Positions 1-13,284 of a stretch of DNA of 64,000 nucleotides are shown one piece after another. The position numbers and the translations under genes are program-made. The notes below the pieces were generated by a model. That model had not been told where the DNA came from, did not search any database, and was given only the letters and a program-made list of their open reading frames with translations. Origin of the DNA: Octopus vulgaris (lineage: Eukaryota); the NCBI GenBank assembly GCA_951406725.2, contig OX597816.1:45260001-45324000 (forward strand). Reading direction: 5' to 3'. The number at the start of each line of letters is the position of its first letter. The first letter of the stretch is position 1.

Positions 1-59
1 ACTACACCTAACTTATAATATGTTGTAATAACAACAGAGTAAATAGATCCTCTTCAATC

Positions 60-400
60 AACATGAAACCTGAAATTCGCAAACCACGAAGCAAATTCCA
101 TACAACCAGTGTAACGGACAACTCAAATTGTTACACTGGACACACATGCACAACATTTTCTCATCGATTGACCATGCATTTATAATAAGGAAATAGTGAA
201 GCTCATTATGATACAGAGCACAGAATATAATTAATTAGAAAACCATTAGTTGATAGCACTGCTGTTATATAAAATTAAAATATAAAATCAAAATATTGAC
301 TATGGAAGCTTCTACAAACAATTAGAACTATGGAAGCTTTACTAATAGCAAATACAAATCAAAAATTAAAATAGGTACCACACGTTTATATCATGAAATT
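60..400 (+). mobile_element. Decayed Penelope-like element, GIY-YIG endonuclease C-terminal fragment
   Basis: From 132 reads YTGHTCTTFSHRLTMHL**GNSEAHY...RKPLVDSTAVI and later RTMEALLIANTN, resembling the PLE YIGxTxxxLxxRLxxH...EALLI pattern. Contains stops and frameshifts. Confidence 0.6.
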
Positions 401-414
401 TAGTTAGTCATAGC

Positions 415-1784
415 TCTCTTACTCTTTTACTCATTTCAGTCATTTGACTGTGGCCATGCTGGAGCACCACTTTTAGTCGAGCAAATCGACCCCAGGACTT
501 ATTCGTTGTAAGCCTAGTACTTATTCTATCAGTCTCTTTTGCCAAACCGCTAAGTTACGGGGACGTTAAGATACCAGCATCGGTTGTCAAGCGATGTTGG
601 GGGGGACAAACACAGACACACAAACATATACACATGCATACATCATCATCATCATCATCGTTTAACATTCGTTTTCCATGCTAACATGGGTTGGACATAT
701 ATATATATATATGTAGGCTGGCCAGATTGGAGCAATCTCAAGATTAATCAGCCAAAATTGCGACGATGATCCGGTTCTTGACTGAAGATTGAAAGCTTTC
801 TATGTCCCGTCCGTGTTTTTTGTGTCATCATCAAAATGTTTTGCGTTCTTGTCCCAGTTTGTATTTTTTATACATATTTTTTGTACATATATATATAGCG
901 GTGTACGTACCCTCTCTCTTATATGTAATTACACATTTCTCTAAACTCGGTACAACTCAACAGTCTCTCTCCCCCTCTCCTACATTCATTTGCCTTTCTT
1001 TGCACTTCACTTTGTCTCTGTCCCTTTTTCTCGCTCTCTCTTTTCCTCCTCCTTAATCCCTTGTTCCTCTTTTTCTCTCTCTTCTCCCCCTCCTTGATTC
1101 CTCTGTCCCTCTGTCCCTCTTTTCCTCTCTCTTCTCTTCACACACGACTGACTGACCGACTGCTGGCCTTTCGGGCCTAGCAGCCGTCGCAGTAACACCA
1201 ACATTTATTTTCTCTGCCCCAAGGCATATTCCTAACACGCCAGATAAGCTTAATTCATCCTAGTTGAAAGATGCCTGTTCGTGATGTCCTGTTATTGTTA
1301 TTAATATAATTACCATTGTTTTTACGTATTATCATTATTGTTTTTACGTATTATTTTTGTATTCATATTCGTATAACATCGTCCGTTTTTCTGTCCTTGT
1401 TTTGTATACATTCGAAGCCTTCTTCCAAGGAATCTAATGCACTTAGCTGGGGCTGGCCAGATTGGAGCAATCTCAAGATTAATCAGCTGAAGTTACGAGG
1501 ATGATCCAGTTCTTGACTGAAGATTGAAAGCTTCATATGTCCCGTCCATGTTTTTTGTGTCGTCATCTAAATGTTTTGCGTTCTTGTACTAGTTTGTATT
1601 TTTTATACATATATATATACATCAGGCTTCTTTCAGTTTCCATCTACTAAATCCACTCACAAGGCTTTGGTCAGCCCGAGGCTATAGTAGAAGACACTTG
1701 CCCAAGGTACAACGCAGTGGGACTGAACCGAGAACCGTGTGGTTGGTAAGCAAGCTACTTACCACACAGCCACTCCTGCGCCTA
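415..1784 (-). mobile_element. tRNA-derived SINE family A, split by nested insertions (tail 415-640, head 1620-1784)
   Basis: Both halves match the full-length copy at 28101-28500. About 1 kb of unrelated DNA sits in its central microsatellite. Confidence 0.8.
714..1610. mobile_element. Non-coding element bounded by ~160 bp direct repeats (pseudo-LTR-like)
   Basis: ggctggccagattggagcaatctcaagattaatcagc...gtttgtattttttatacatat occurs at ~716 and ~1452. A related partial copy lies inverted at ~3020-3125. Confidence 0.6.
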
Positions 1785-2314
1785 TCCCATAATTTTTTAA
1801 TCCAGCATAGGTGATTTTACTTGATATAGCAGAGTTATATTTGTTCTATATAACCTAATACAAATCCTGCAAGCTACTCATCATTATTCCCATAACTTCT
1901 TTCTGACACTGCGAAGGGAAAGGTCTTGTAACGTTAATGAACTAATGGATTTGGGAGTACTTCGGTTAAACACAAAACTAAGGAGGTAATATAAAAGTCC
2001 ATAACAAAAAATTTAGACACCAACATAATAACACACACACACACACACATGAACATACACACACATGTGGCAAAACAGGAAAGTGGAAATTTTTTGGTAT
2101 TATTTATATATTCTCCATTCCACTTTCTTGTATTTTTATACAATAATTCTACAAATAATATTTCCATAATTCCCAATTTTAATATGTATTTTGACTAACA
2201 TAACAGCAACAGTGATCACATAATGGATTGTAATAATGGAATAAGCAGAAGTACTTCAAGAGGAAACAGCTAGGACTTACCCTACCTACCTACCCATCCA
2301 CCTACCTACCTACC

Positions 2315-2356
<42 letters not shown>

Positions 2357-2594
2357 ACATATAAGGGATGGCCATAAAAGGACATTCGACTCACTAGAAA
2401 AAGCAGTTAAACTCCAAACCACTAATAGTTGTAATTCTGAAATGGAAAGAGAAATAAAAACGTTTACCCTCTCCTTTCTGGACTATGCATAGTTTCGGCA
2501 ATCTTTTGTAAATAAAATAAATTTATTTACGACTGACATATATATACACACACACACACACAACTGCAGGTTCAGTCCCATTGCATAGCATGCA

Positions 2595-2650
<56 letters not shown>

Positions 2651-2952
2651 CACATATAGACAGAGAAACCAGCAGATAAATATGTTTCTTTATTAGCCAC
2701 ACAGGACTGAACCAGCAGATAAATAAATAGATGAATGGATAGATAAATAGATAGAAGGATGGAAGGATGAATGGATGGACAGATAGATAGATAGATAGAT
2801 AGGCATATATGTCTGTATATATTTGTATATACACACTCACGAAGCTGCAATTGATCTAGGGCTATAGGGAAAGAGTTACCCAAGACCGGCATACAGTGAG
2901 ACTGAACCCGAAACCATGTGATTGAGAAGCAAACTCCTTAACTACGCAGCTA

Positions 2953-3007
<55 letters not shown>

Positions 3008-3136
3008 ACATACAGACATACATAAAATACAAAATGGGACAAGAACGCAAAGCATCCAGACAGTTAGGTGATACAAAAAAGGGACAACAAAACATCCAGA
3101 TAGACAAAACAGAAAACAAGGACGTGCCATATATAC

Positions 3137-3182
<46 letters not shown>

Positions 3183-3219
3183 GCAGGTATGTATTTACAC
3201 GCACACATATGTATGTATT

Positions 3220-3531
3220 CTTTTACTCTTTTACTTGTTTCAGTCATTTGGCTGTGGCCATGCTGGAGTACCACTTTAAAGGTTTTTAGTTGAAGAAATC
3301 AACCCCAGGACTTATTCTTTGTAAGCTTAGTACTTACTCTATCAGTCTTTATTTGCCGAACTGCAAAGTTACAAGGACATAAGTACATCAACATCAGTCA
3401 TCAAGTGGTGGTGGGGGAACAAACATAGTCACAAAAACAAACAAACAAACAAACAAACCAACCAACCAACCAACCAACCAACCTACCTACCTACATACAT
3501 ACATACATACATACATACCTGCCTACCTACC

Positions 3532-3563
<32 letters not shown>

Positions 3564-3722
3564 CGATGGACTTCTTTCAGTTCCCGCCTACCAAATCCAC
3601 TCACAAGATTTTGGTCGGTCTTAGGCTATAGTAGGAGACACTTGCCCAAGGTGCCACATAGTGGAACTGAACCCAGAACCATGTGGTTGGGAAGCAAGCT
3701 TCTTACCACACAGCCACACCTG
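3220..3722 (-). mobile_element. SINE family A
   Basis: Head ggctgtgtggtaagaagcttgc, tail ccagcatggccacagcc...gaaacaagtaaaagag. Confidence 0.85.
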
Positions 3723-3729
3723 TATATGC

Positions 3730-3771
<42 letters not shown>

Positions 3772-3783
3772 GCATATATATAT

Positions 3784-4158
3784 GTAGCTTGTTTACCAAC
3801 CACATGGTTTCGGGTTCAGCCCCACTGCGTGGCACCTTGGGCAAGTGTCTTATACTAGAGCCTCGGGCCGACCAAAGCCTTGTGAGTGGATTTGGTAGAC
3901 GGAAACTGAAAGAAGCCCGTCGTATATATGTATATGTATGTATGCGTGTGTGTGTTTGTGTGTCTGTGTTTGTCCCCTAGCCTTGCTTGACAACCGATGC
4001 TGGTGTGTTTATGTCCCCGTTACTTAGCGGTTCGACAAAAGAGACCGATAGAATAAGTACTGGGCTTACAAAAGAATAAGTCCCGGGGTCGAGTTGCTCG
4101 ATTAAAGGCGGTGCTCCAGCATGGCCGCAGTCAAATGACTGAAACAAGTAAAAGAGTA
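3784..4158 (+). mobile_element. SINE family A
   Basis: B-box-like gggttcagccc, tail ggcggtgctccagcatggccgcagtcaaatgactgaaacaagtaaaagag, then an A-rich run. Confidence 0.85.
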
Positions 4159-5008
4159 AAAAAAAAAAAAAAATTAAAAAAAGAGTATATATGATGATAA
4201 AGCATGTACATAGCTTTATCACCAACGATATGAAAGACATACAATTCTCTGAGGAAATCAATTTAAACTGGTGCATCTGAACAAAGATTCTTCATAGTAT
4301 TTATTCTCTGCAAGTTACACAGCTGCACACTCATGTCACTTTTACCCATCAGAAAGACAACGAACCAGTGCCTGGCTTGCTGGGAACTTATAACCAATTA
4401 TGCTGTCGTCTACAAAAAGTACAGCCTAACACATAAATAAATAAATAAATAAATGAACGAATGAATAAGTGATTGAATAAATATTCAGAATAGGATGTAA
4501 AAAAAAAAAAAAGAAAAAAATGAAGCAGTGAAAACAATTATAAGCCATTGATACACGGCAACAAAGAAACACATTTCTGTCACTCTCTTGTCTTAGCAAG
4601 TCCCAATGAATCTCAACAGACTAAGATAGTTTATGTAACTGACAGATACAGTCGTCTCAGCTGCTACTACTACTGCTGGTGATGATGGTGATGATGATGA
4701 TGGCAGCAATGATGATCATTATCATCATCATCATCACCATGATGATGATGGCAGCAATGATGATAACGGGCACAGGTATGGCTACAGGGACAAGTATGGC
4801 TGTGTGGTAGGAGGTTTGCTTCCGAACCACATCGTTCAGGGTTCAGTCCTACAGTGTGGCACCCTGGGCAGGTGTCTTCTACTAGAGCCCCGGGTTGACA
4901 AAAGCTTCATGAGTGGATTTGGTAAACAGCTACTAAAATAACCCCCCACCACCACCACCCCATTAAATCTGCCTAAATGTATAAATACCAGAACTTATTT
5001 TGACAGTA

Positions 5009-5059
5009 AGCTTCCTGATGATTTCATTTGAATGAAACAGTTCTAGTCCTGTAGAAGCT
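5009..5059 (+). ncRNA. Type I hammerhead ribozyme motif
   Basis: agcttc-CTGATGA-t ttc attt gaa t-GAAA-cag ttctagtc ctg-TA-gaagct. 6-bp helix I, 3-bp helix II, 4-bp helix III, GUA cleavage triplet. Confidence 0.8.
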
Positions 5060-5146
5060 CCTTCTATAAAATAAAATAAATTAATTTACTCTGCTATGTA
5101 TTGAGTACCTTATTTACTGTGGTTAACCCTGACTCAACCCGGGACC

Positions 5147-5187
<41 letters not shown>

Positions 5188-5189
5188 TG

Positions 5190-5524
5190 AGACCATCTTC
5201 GGTCATGACTGACCATGGAATTGCACCTAGAAAGTTACCCTCCCAGGCACAAGTCCAGGAAAGGTTGCTTTTGGAAGACCAACAGTCGCCCATGCATACC
5301 AGCCTTCCCTCACCATGACACCATGTTCTCCAAGGGAAAGGCAAAGGCCGATACAGCTTGCCACCTGTGACGTTGCAACTCATTTCTACAGCTGAGTGAA
5401 CTGGAGCAACGTGAAATAAAGTGTCTTGCTCAAGAACACAACATGCAGCCCAGTCTGGGATTCGAACACACAACCTCACAATCGTAAGCTCGACACACTA
5501 ACCACTGAGCCATGCACCTTCACC
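5190..5524 (-). mobile_element. tRNA-derived SINE family E (CORE-like central domain)
   Basis: Minus strand reads tggctcagtggttag...gttcgaatccc (A/B boxes), then tttcacgttgctccagttcactcagctgtagaaatgag. Confidence 0.75.
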
Positions 5525-5539
5525 ATATATACATAATCA

Positions 5540-5679
5540 TAGACAATGGAAAATGGTATATAAATTAATTATTTATTTAACCATCTATAATATATATATA
5601 GACAATATAAATCTATTATTGTCTATACATATAGATGGTTGAATAAATAACTAATTTATATACCATTTTCCATTGTCTA
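5540..5679. repeat. Near-perfect 140-bp palindrome
   Basis: tagacaatggaaaatggtatataaatta...accatctata pairs with tatagatggtt...taatttatataccattttccattgtcta. Confidence 0.85.
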
Positions 5680-5845
5680 CTTTGATTATTATATTCGCCA
5701 GACCTGAAAGCATCATTAATTAAGAAAAATAATTAATTGGAGAACCTGTTTGTTTGTTCTTTAGTCCCCTTATGAGACATACTGGATATCTATTTGGACT
5801 TAACTCCCAACTTTGTTTTATATATATATATATATATATATATCA

Positions 5846-6032
5846 TGTCGCCATGATAGATCGTTAGCCACTACACACATTTTTTTCTCACCTTGTTTTT
5901 TCTGTGTCCCTTTCTGTAGAAGAGTGTAGGCTCGAAATGTAAAAGACTTTTTCTATTCCTGAGCGTTATACTAATACATCTGTTTGTTTTGTACACCACC
6001 TGTCTTCGTCTTTTGTTTTTTTCATAAACTCT

Positions 6033-6036
<4 letters not shown>
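5846..6036 (+). mobile_element. ~190-bp non-coding element with a variant hammerhead-like motif
   Basis: Same family as 39957-40139. Motif cttt-CTGTAGA-a-gag tgtagg ctc-GAAA-t-GTA-aaag at 5910-5945. Confidence 0.6.
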
Positions 6037-6085
<49 letters not shown>

Positions 6086-6086
<1 letters not shown>

Positions 6087-6476
6087 TAGCAGTATTGCCC
6101 AGCGTTGCTTGGGTTTGTTTCGACCCTTTAGAATTGGAATTTTTGAAAAGTAAAAATTTTGCATTATGCAGCTTGTTATTCTCTTTAAGTGAACATTTTT
6201 CTGGTTGAAATACACCGAAAAATGGTGACACAGCAGTCAAAAAATCGTGAAAATACGGATTTTCAAAGAAAAAAAGCTCCTCTTTGAATTAAATAATTTT
6301 TGGTGTTAACATGGTCTGATTTGAATTTTTTCTTCTACGGAAGGAAGAGCAAGCCTTCTTCTATCATATTCTCAATTTTGGTCTACTTGCATTGCAGGGT
6401 CTCAGAGGAGATAGTGTTAGTTGAAGGCTACCAAACCTGCCATACACAGACAACTTCAGCTTTATATACAGAGAGA
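6086..6476 (-). mobile_element. Non-autonomous Helitron
   Basis: On the minus strand: 5' TC, subterminal hairpin cccaagcaacgctggg, 3' CTAG, inserted between A and T. Termini shared with 24498-25010. Confidence 0.75.
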
Positions 6477-7081
6477 TGTATGTATGTTGTGTGTGTCTTT
6501 GTGTTTGTCCCCCACTACTGGTGTTGGGTGTGTTTACGTCCCTGTAACCTAGCAGTTCGGCAAAAAGGGATGGTTAGGATAAGTATGAGACTTAGGCCAA
6601 AAAAAAAAAAAATTAATACTGGTATCAGTCTCTTTGTCTAAACCATCCAAGGAAGTGCTCCAGCATGACGCAGTCTAATGGCTGAAACAAGCAAAAGATT
6701 AACACATAAGATGGCTGTGAGAATGATGGCAATGGTGATGACGATGACGACGAGGAAATATGGCTCGGCAGAAGGAGACAGCAGTTGTCACAAGATTTTG
6801 GCAATTATTTTGTTGAGCATAATGAAGACACTGTCTGAGATTAGATAATAACAATAATGATATGATAATAAACAGTAAGTAATGATGATGATGATGATGA
6901 GGATGATGATGGTAGCAGACAAATATAATGAAAATTCTGATAATGATGATGATGATGATAACGACTTATGTGAACACTGATAATGTGATGTTGATGATGT
7001 TGACGACAAAAATAACGTGGCTCTTAATAATAACGATGATGATGATGATGATGATAAATACCATGTGGACATTAATCATTT

Positions 7082-7115
<34 letters not shown>

Positions 7116-7393
7116 GACGCGAACAAAGCAGCCATTATGTAAACATCAATCATTTCGGTGACGGTGATCATGATAATGATGATGATGATCATGATAATGA
7201 TGTTGACAAGGATGCTAATCTTCCCAAAACAAAATTAATTTAACAGTTTTGTGATTAAAATTTTATACAAAACACTGGAATTTTGTTTTCTTTTATGTTC
7301 TATTTTCCATTGTCTCCGGTAACGGTGGCTGCTGTTACCATTTCACCGACTGTTACACTTGAGATTTACCTCCTCATTAATAAGTTTTCGAAA

Positions 7394-7441
<48 letters not shown>

Positions 7442-8212
7442 TGTGTGTGTATGTGTGTGTATGTGTGTGTATGTAGGTAGGTAGGTATCTATCAATATCT
7501 ATCTATTATGTATGTATGTATGAATATATGTATGTATGTATGTATGTATGTGTGTGTGTGTACATATATATATTTTATCTTTTACTTGTTTCAGTAAGTA
7601 TGTATGAATGTATGTATGTATGTGTGTACATATATATTTATATATATTATCTTTTACTTGTTTCAGTATGTATGTATGTATGTATGTATGGATGGATGTA
7701 TGTATGTATCTCTCAATATCTATCTATTTATCTATCTATATATGTATGATGTGTGTGCGTATGTGTGTGCGTGTATGTAGGTAGGTATCTATCAATATCT
7801 ATCTATTTATCTTTCTATATATGTATGTATGATGCGTGTGTGTATGTGTGTGTGTGTGCATGTATGTATGTAGGTAGGTAGGTATCTATCTATAGCTATC
7901 TATTTATGTATATATGTATGATGTATTTGTATATATATATATATATATATTTTATCTTTTACTTGTTTCGGTCATTGGACTGCAGCCATGCTGGAGCAAT
8001 GCCTTGAACTGTTTTAGTGAAACAAATCAACACCAGTACTTTTTTGTTTTTATTAAAAGTGGTACTTACACTATTGGTCTTTTCTGCTGGACCTCTAAGT
8101 TGTAAGGACATAAACAAACCAACATCAGTTGACAAGCAGTACTGGGGGACAAATGCAAACACACAGACACACACACATATCCTTAAAATCCTTAAAAATG
8201 TTTTAGCCCAAA

Positions 8213-8398
8213 GGCCGTGGCCATGCTGGGGCACCACCGCTGAAAGAGTACAGCAGGGATCACCACCCCCTGCCGGAGCGTCGTGGAGGTTTTAGGTGTT
8301 TTCGCTCAATAAACACTCACAACGCCCGGTCTGAGAATCGAAACCGCGATCCTGTGACTGCGAGTCCGCTGCCCTAACCACTGGACCATTGTACCTCT
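8213..8398 (-). mobile_element. tRNA-derived SINE family D
   Basis: Reverse complement of the head at 31746 (cagtggttagggcagcggactcgc...gtttcgattc). Confidence 0.75.
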
Positions 8399-8659
8399 TA
8401 TGTATAAGAAAATTTTTTTATTTATAAATTTAGAAGCACACCAAGTGAATTGCTATTTTACAAGAAATAAGTAAATTTCAAACACAGAACAGAGGTGTAA
8501 ACAGTTAAGATTGGGTAAATACCCTTAAAAGATGGAAAAAAAGTGTCTTCTTTCTTGTTAACTCTCTCTCCTTCTCGTTTTCTCTCTCTCTCTCCTTCTC
8601 TCTCTCTTTCTTTCTCTGGCCAGGTTGATACGTACCTCCTCTACAGTAAGACACCTGTT

Positions 8660-9086
8660 TCTTATTTCTTTTTTGCCCATTGCCCACAAGGGGCTAAACA
8701 TAGAGGGGACAAACAAGGACAGACAAAGGGATTAAATTGATTACATCGACCCCAGTGCATAACTGGTACTTAATTTATCGACCCTGAAAGGATAAAAGGT
8801 AAAGTCGACTTCGGCGGAATTTGAACTCAGAATGTAATGGCAGATGAAATACCTATTTCTTTACTACCCACAAGGGGCTAAACACAGAGAGGACAAACAA
8901 GTAAAGACAACCGGATTAAGTTGATTATATCGACCCCAGTGCGTAACTATTACTTATTTAATTGACCCTGAAAGGATGAAAGGCAAAGTCAACTTTGGTG
9001 GAATTTGAACTCAGAGCGTAATGGCAGACGAAATACCACTAAGCATTTAGCCTGGTGTGCTAACGTTTCTGCCAGCTCGGTGCCTT
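8660..9086 (-). mobile_element. SINE family C, tandem dimer
   Basis: Two ~184-bp units plus one head, with the junction at 8852/8853. Confidence 0.85.
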
Positions 9087-9534
9087 CAGCAAGATACCTG
9101 ATTCTGCCTCTCTTTCTCTCTGTCACATTCCAATCATTCGTCATTTGATACAAGATCATCTCCTTCAACATCCCCTCCCCTCACAAAAATTCCTTGTCCT
9201 GCAGGTTACTTGGTGACTCTGCTGGTGCTGGTACCATGTAAAAAGCATCCAGTCCACACTGTGAAGTGGTTGGTATTTGGACGGCCATTCAGCTGAAAGA
9301 AACTGTGCCAAAACTGACCTCACCTGTACTGGTGCCACGTAAAAAGTACCCAGTTCACTCTGCAGGGTGGTTGGTGTTAGGAAGGGAATCTAGCCATAAA
9401 AACCATGGCAAAACAAACACAGAAGACCTGTGCCGTCTTCTGCATGAATAGCTCCTGCCAAACTGTCCAACCATGGAAGATAGACATTAAATGATGATGA
9501 TGAGCCACTACTGAGAATCGAATCCTGTACCTCC

Positions 9535-9932
9535 TCTTTTACTCTTTTACTTGATTCAGTCATTTGTCTGCGGCCATGCTGGAGCACCACCTTTAGTCGA
9601 GCAAATCGAACCCTGGACTTATTTGTTGTAAGCCTAGTACTTATTCTATTGGTCTCTGTTGCCGAACCGCTAAGTTACAGAGATGTAAACACACCAGCAT
9701 TGGTGGTCAAGCGATGTTGGGGAGACAAACACAGACACACAAACATATACACACACATACATATATACAACGGGCTTCTTTCAGTTTCCATCTACCAATC
9801 CACTCACAAGGCTTTGGTCGGCCCGAGGCTATAGTATAAGACACTTGCCCAAGGTGCCACCCAGTGGGACTGAACCTGGAAACATGTTGTTAGTAAGCAA
9901 GCTACTTACCACACACCCACTCCTATGCCTAT
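9535..9932 (-). mobile_element. SINE family A
   Basis: Full-length match to the other copies. Confidence 0.85.
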
Positions 9933-11301
9933 CACCTCTTAAATTCTGGTTGAACACTTTATAACCATTAATCTAAGCAACCCCTGACAACAAATATCAT
10001 CTTTTTCTAGTTTCATAAATATATATTTATATCTAAACACATATATTTATCAAACTAAAGAAAGCAGTCATTAAATGCTTGCATATATATGTTTCTAAAT
10101 CTATTCATGTTTCTTTTCAAAGAAAGAATACCACACACTGAAACAATTGCTTGCGAATGAAATTTAGGAAATGGAAGTATATCAAAGCCAACATGTGTGT
10201 GTAGGTGGTGTACATGTTCACAGAATATGAACAGGAGTAATGTATAATGTGCAGAGCTCATAGGGTACTTGTGTGGATAAACGATGTGTGGATAACGTCA
10301 TTTACATTATTTTATACTAGCTTAAAAGTCACACTCCATCCAGACTTTTAAGCTAGCTCCTGCGGTGGACTAATTGGCTGTGCAGCCCAAAATTGAAGAG
10401 AGCTAAATAGCATGACTATAATACATCTATAATGGTTATATGCCCCAGTGGTGTTTGATCAGAGGTTGTAGACAGATGAGAATTCTATTATACAATTCTA
10501 TTATACAATCAATCTATTGTTCCAGTCCCAAGTTGAATTCCAACTGTTGGCCAATTTGTCCCAAAGTTCTTATCGTGATGTAAAATTAACGAAGCGAATG
10601 TCATTTATCTCCCCCTTGATCTCTGACGTCATCTAACAAATGCCAAACAAAATGGCATGAATCAGCCAAGTTTTACCTGCTAGAAATAGCAACCCATATG
10701 CTTTTAAATCCCAATGCTGGATGTTCAAGAACCAAATGCAGGGCAGATTTTCAATCCCAAGATTATCTTGATTCCAAAAGAGTATAATATGTCTATGTAG
10801 AACAAATGTAGACTGTTATATAGTGGTCTCAGACAGAATTTCACATTTATTATTATTATAGAGGGAAAGGTATTCTATGTGAAACACTCGGTAGCAGACA
10901 GAGACAGACTATAAACTTTCTGTCTCCACCTGCTTAAATCCAGTGCGTACATCTGTGCAAATATGTGTACAGATATGTGTGTGTAAGTGTGTGTGTGTGT
11001 GTTTATATCTTTCTGTATTGCTGAGGTTTTTAAATTTTTCTCTGTATGCATTTATAAATGTGTACACTACAAGCACACAAGTCAAAAAATATATTTTTTT
11101 GTGTGAGCAAATACCAATACAGTAACACCTCAATATATGAATTTGTTCCCAGAGACAACTCGTAAAGCAAAAACTCATAAAACAGAGCAATTATTTCCCA
11201 TAGTAACTATGTTATAAATTGTAATTTGTTCCTCAAAAAATATTCTACCTATAAAATTTATAATACTCATAAATAAATGGCAATAAAACAACAGTAGCAT
11301 A

Positions 11302-11682
11302 CTCTTTTACTCTTTTACTTGTTTCACTCATTTTACTGCAGCCATGCTGGAGCACCACCTTTAGCCGAGCAAATCGACCCAGGACTTATTCTTTGTAAGC
11401 CTAGTACTTATTCTATCAGTCTAATGCCGAACCGCTAGGTTACAGGGACGTAAACACACCACCATCGGTTGTCAAGTGATGTTAGGGGGACAAACATAGA
11501 CACACAAACATATACACACACATACATACATATATATATACATATATATGACAGGCTTCTTTCAGTTTCTGTCTACCAAATCCACTCACAAGGCTTTGGT
11601 CAGCCCAAGGCTATAGTAGAAGACACTTGCCCAGAACCATGTGGCTGGTAAGCAAGCTACTTACCACACAGCCACTCCTGCA
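11302..11682 (-). mobile_element. SINE family A
   Basis: Near full-length match with a small internal deletion in the head. Confidence 0.85.
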
Positions 11683-11986
11683 CTTATAAAAAATATTTAT
11701 AGCATGTAAAGAATATTTTATGTAAAGTAAAAAGAATGTCAAGATCATTAATAATAAAAGATATTATTATTATAATTGTTTTCTGAATCACTTTCACTCG
11801 CACCAGACTGGTGCACACTATTACTTATAGACGTGATCAATTCACAAGCTCTCAAAGACAGACTTGTAGATTTCTCTTTAAAAAAAAAGTCTAGAGTTGT
11901 TTGCTTAGAAGCTTTTTTTTTGCTCTCTATAAATTTCTCAGTAATATGCAGAAGCATTTGTTATGACAGTAGAAACTTTTGCACTT

Positions 11987-12222
11987 AAGGTGGCGAGCTG
12001 ACAGAAACATTAGCACGTCGGGCAAAATGCTTAGTGGTATTTCATCTGCCGCTACGTTCTGAGTTCAAATTCCGCCAAGGTCGACTTTGCCTTTCATCCT
12101 TTCAGGGTTGATTAAATAAGTACCAGTTATGCACTGGGGTTGATATAATCGACTTAATCCATTTGTCTGTTCTTGTTTGTCCCCTCTGTGTGTAGCCCCT
12201 TGTGGGCAGTAAAAAATAAGAA
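11987..12222 (+). mobile_element. SINE family C monomer
   Basis: ggtggcgagctgacagaaacattagc...gagttcaaattcc (B box)...gccccttgtgggcagtaaa. Flanked by an agaaacttttgcactt direct repeat (TSD-like). Confidence 0.85.
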
Positions 12223-12521
12223 ACTTTTGCACTTCATTCAAAATTTGGATCTTGTGCTTGAAAAATAAATCTTGTAAACCCAAGGTTTCGTGAAGTGGGC
12301 CCTCTTAAAATGAGGTATTATTGTACATATTTTAAATATGACCCACATGTGTGTGTATGTATAAGTACATGTGGGTGTACATTTAACATATGAGTGGTCG
12401 TATATGAATGTGTATGTGGGTGCAGTGGAGTGGAGTGTGTGTGTGTGTGTGTTTATTTATGTATTTGTAATTTTTAAGCTGATTTCAAAAAGATTTAATT
12501 AGTATGATTGCCACAACTCAC

Positions 12522-12609
12522 TTGTTCCAAATAGTGCAAGGACAAATTAATATATTTGGCTTCAGTCAACAGCAGGCCATTAGCGCCACTTTTAGCAACT
12601 CGCTCAGAT
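12522..12609 (-). CDS. KIF6: KIF6 exon: (G)SERVAKSGANGLLLTEAKYINLSLHYLEQ
   Basis: 88 nt, atttcag / gtgagt, phase 2/0. Completes DLAGSER and contains EAKYINLSL. Too short for the ORF track. Confidence 0.95.
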
Positions 12610-12844
12610 CTGAAATATAACAAAGGAAATCAATTACCAATATTCTTGCAGACTGCTTTAAAAATAATCCTTTCATCTATTAATACAATTTCTGTTTTAT
12701 TAATATCACGGAATATGCTTTTCTAAGTTACAATGAAAGAAACAAAAAGAGGGCATTCCTGATGCCTTGGAGACGGCAGAGTAATCCGACACTTTTGCGT
12801 GGGTATTTCCTCAATTTACCCAAGGTAGACAGCTACTGGAGATT

Positions 12845-13051
12845 CTCTTTTACTTGTTTCAATCATTTGACTGTGGCCATACTGGAGCACTGCCTTTAGT
12901 TGAGCAAATCGACCTCAGGACTTATTCTTTGTAAGCCTAGTACTTATGCTATCGGTCTCTTTTGCTGAACCACTAAGTTACAGGGACATGAACACACCAG
13001 CATCGATTGTCAAGCGATGTTAGGGGGACAAACACAGACATACAAACATAT

Positions 13052-13111
<60 letters not shown>

Positions 13112-13284
13112 ACATATATACGATGGGCTCCTTTCAGTTTGCGCCTACCAAATCTATTCACAAGGCTTTGGTCGGCCCGAGGGTATAGTAGAAGACACAT
13201 GCCCAAGGTGCCACACAGTGGGACTGAACCCGGAACCATGTGGTTGGTAAGCAAGCTTCTTACCACACAGCCACTCCTATGCCT
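12845..13284 (-). mobile_element. SINE family A
   Basis: Full-length match. Confidence 0.85.

Noticed and set aside
775-812. CTGAAGA-tt-GAAA-gct motif in both direct repeats (also ~1517)
   Set aside because: No helix II and no helix I complement. Worth rechecking only against a family consensus.
1-12521. Expected next KIF6 exon (HIPYRNS...LGGNC)
   Set aside because: No matching codons found by eye on the minus strand. It probably lies beyond the window.
12755-12806. CTGATGC...GACAC...GTG hammerhead-like spacing
   Set aside because: Three core positions deviate, so it cannot be supported from one copy.
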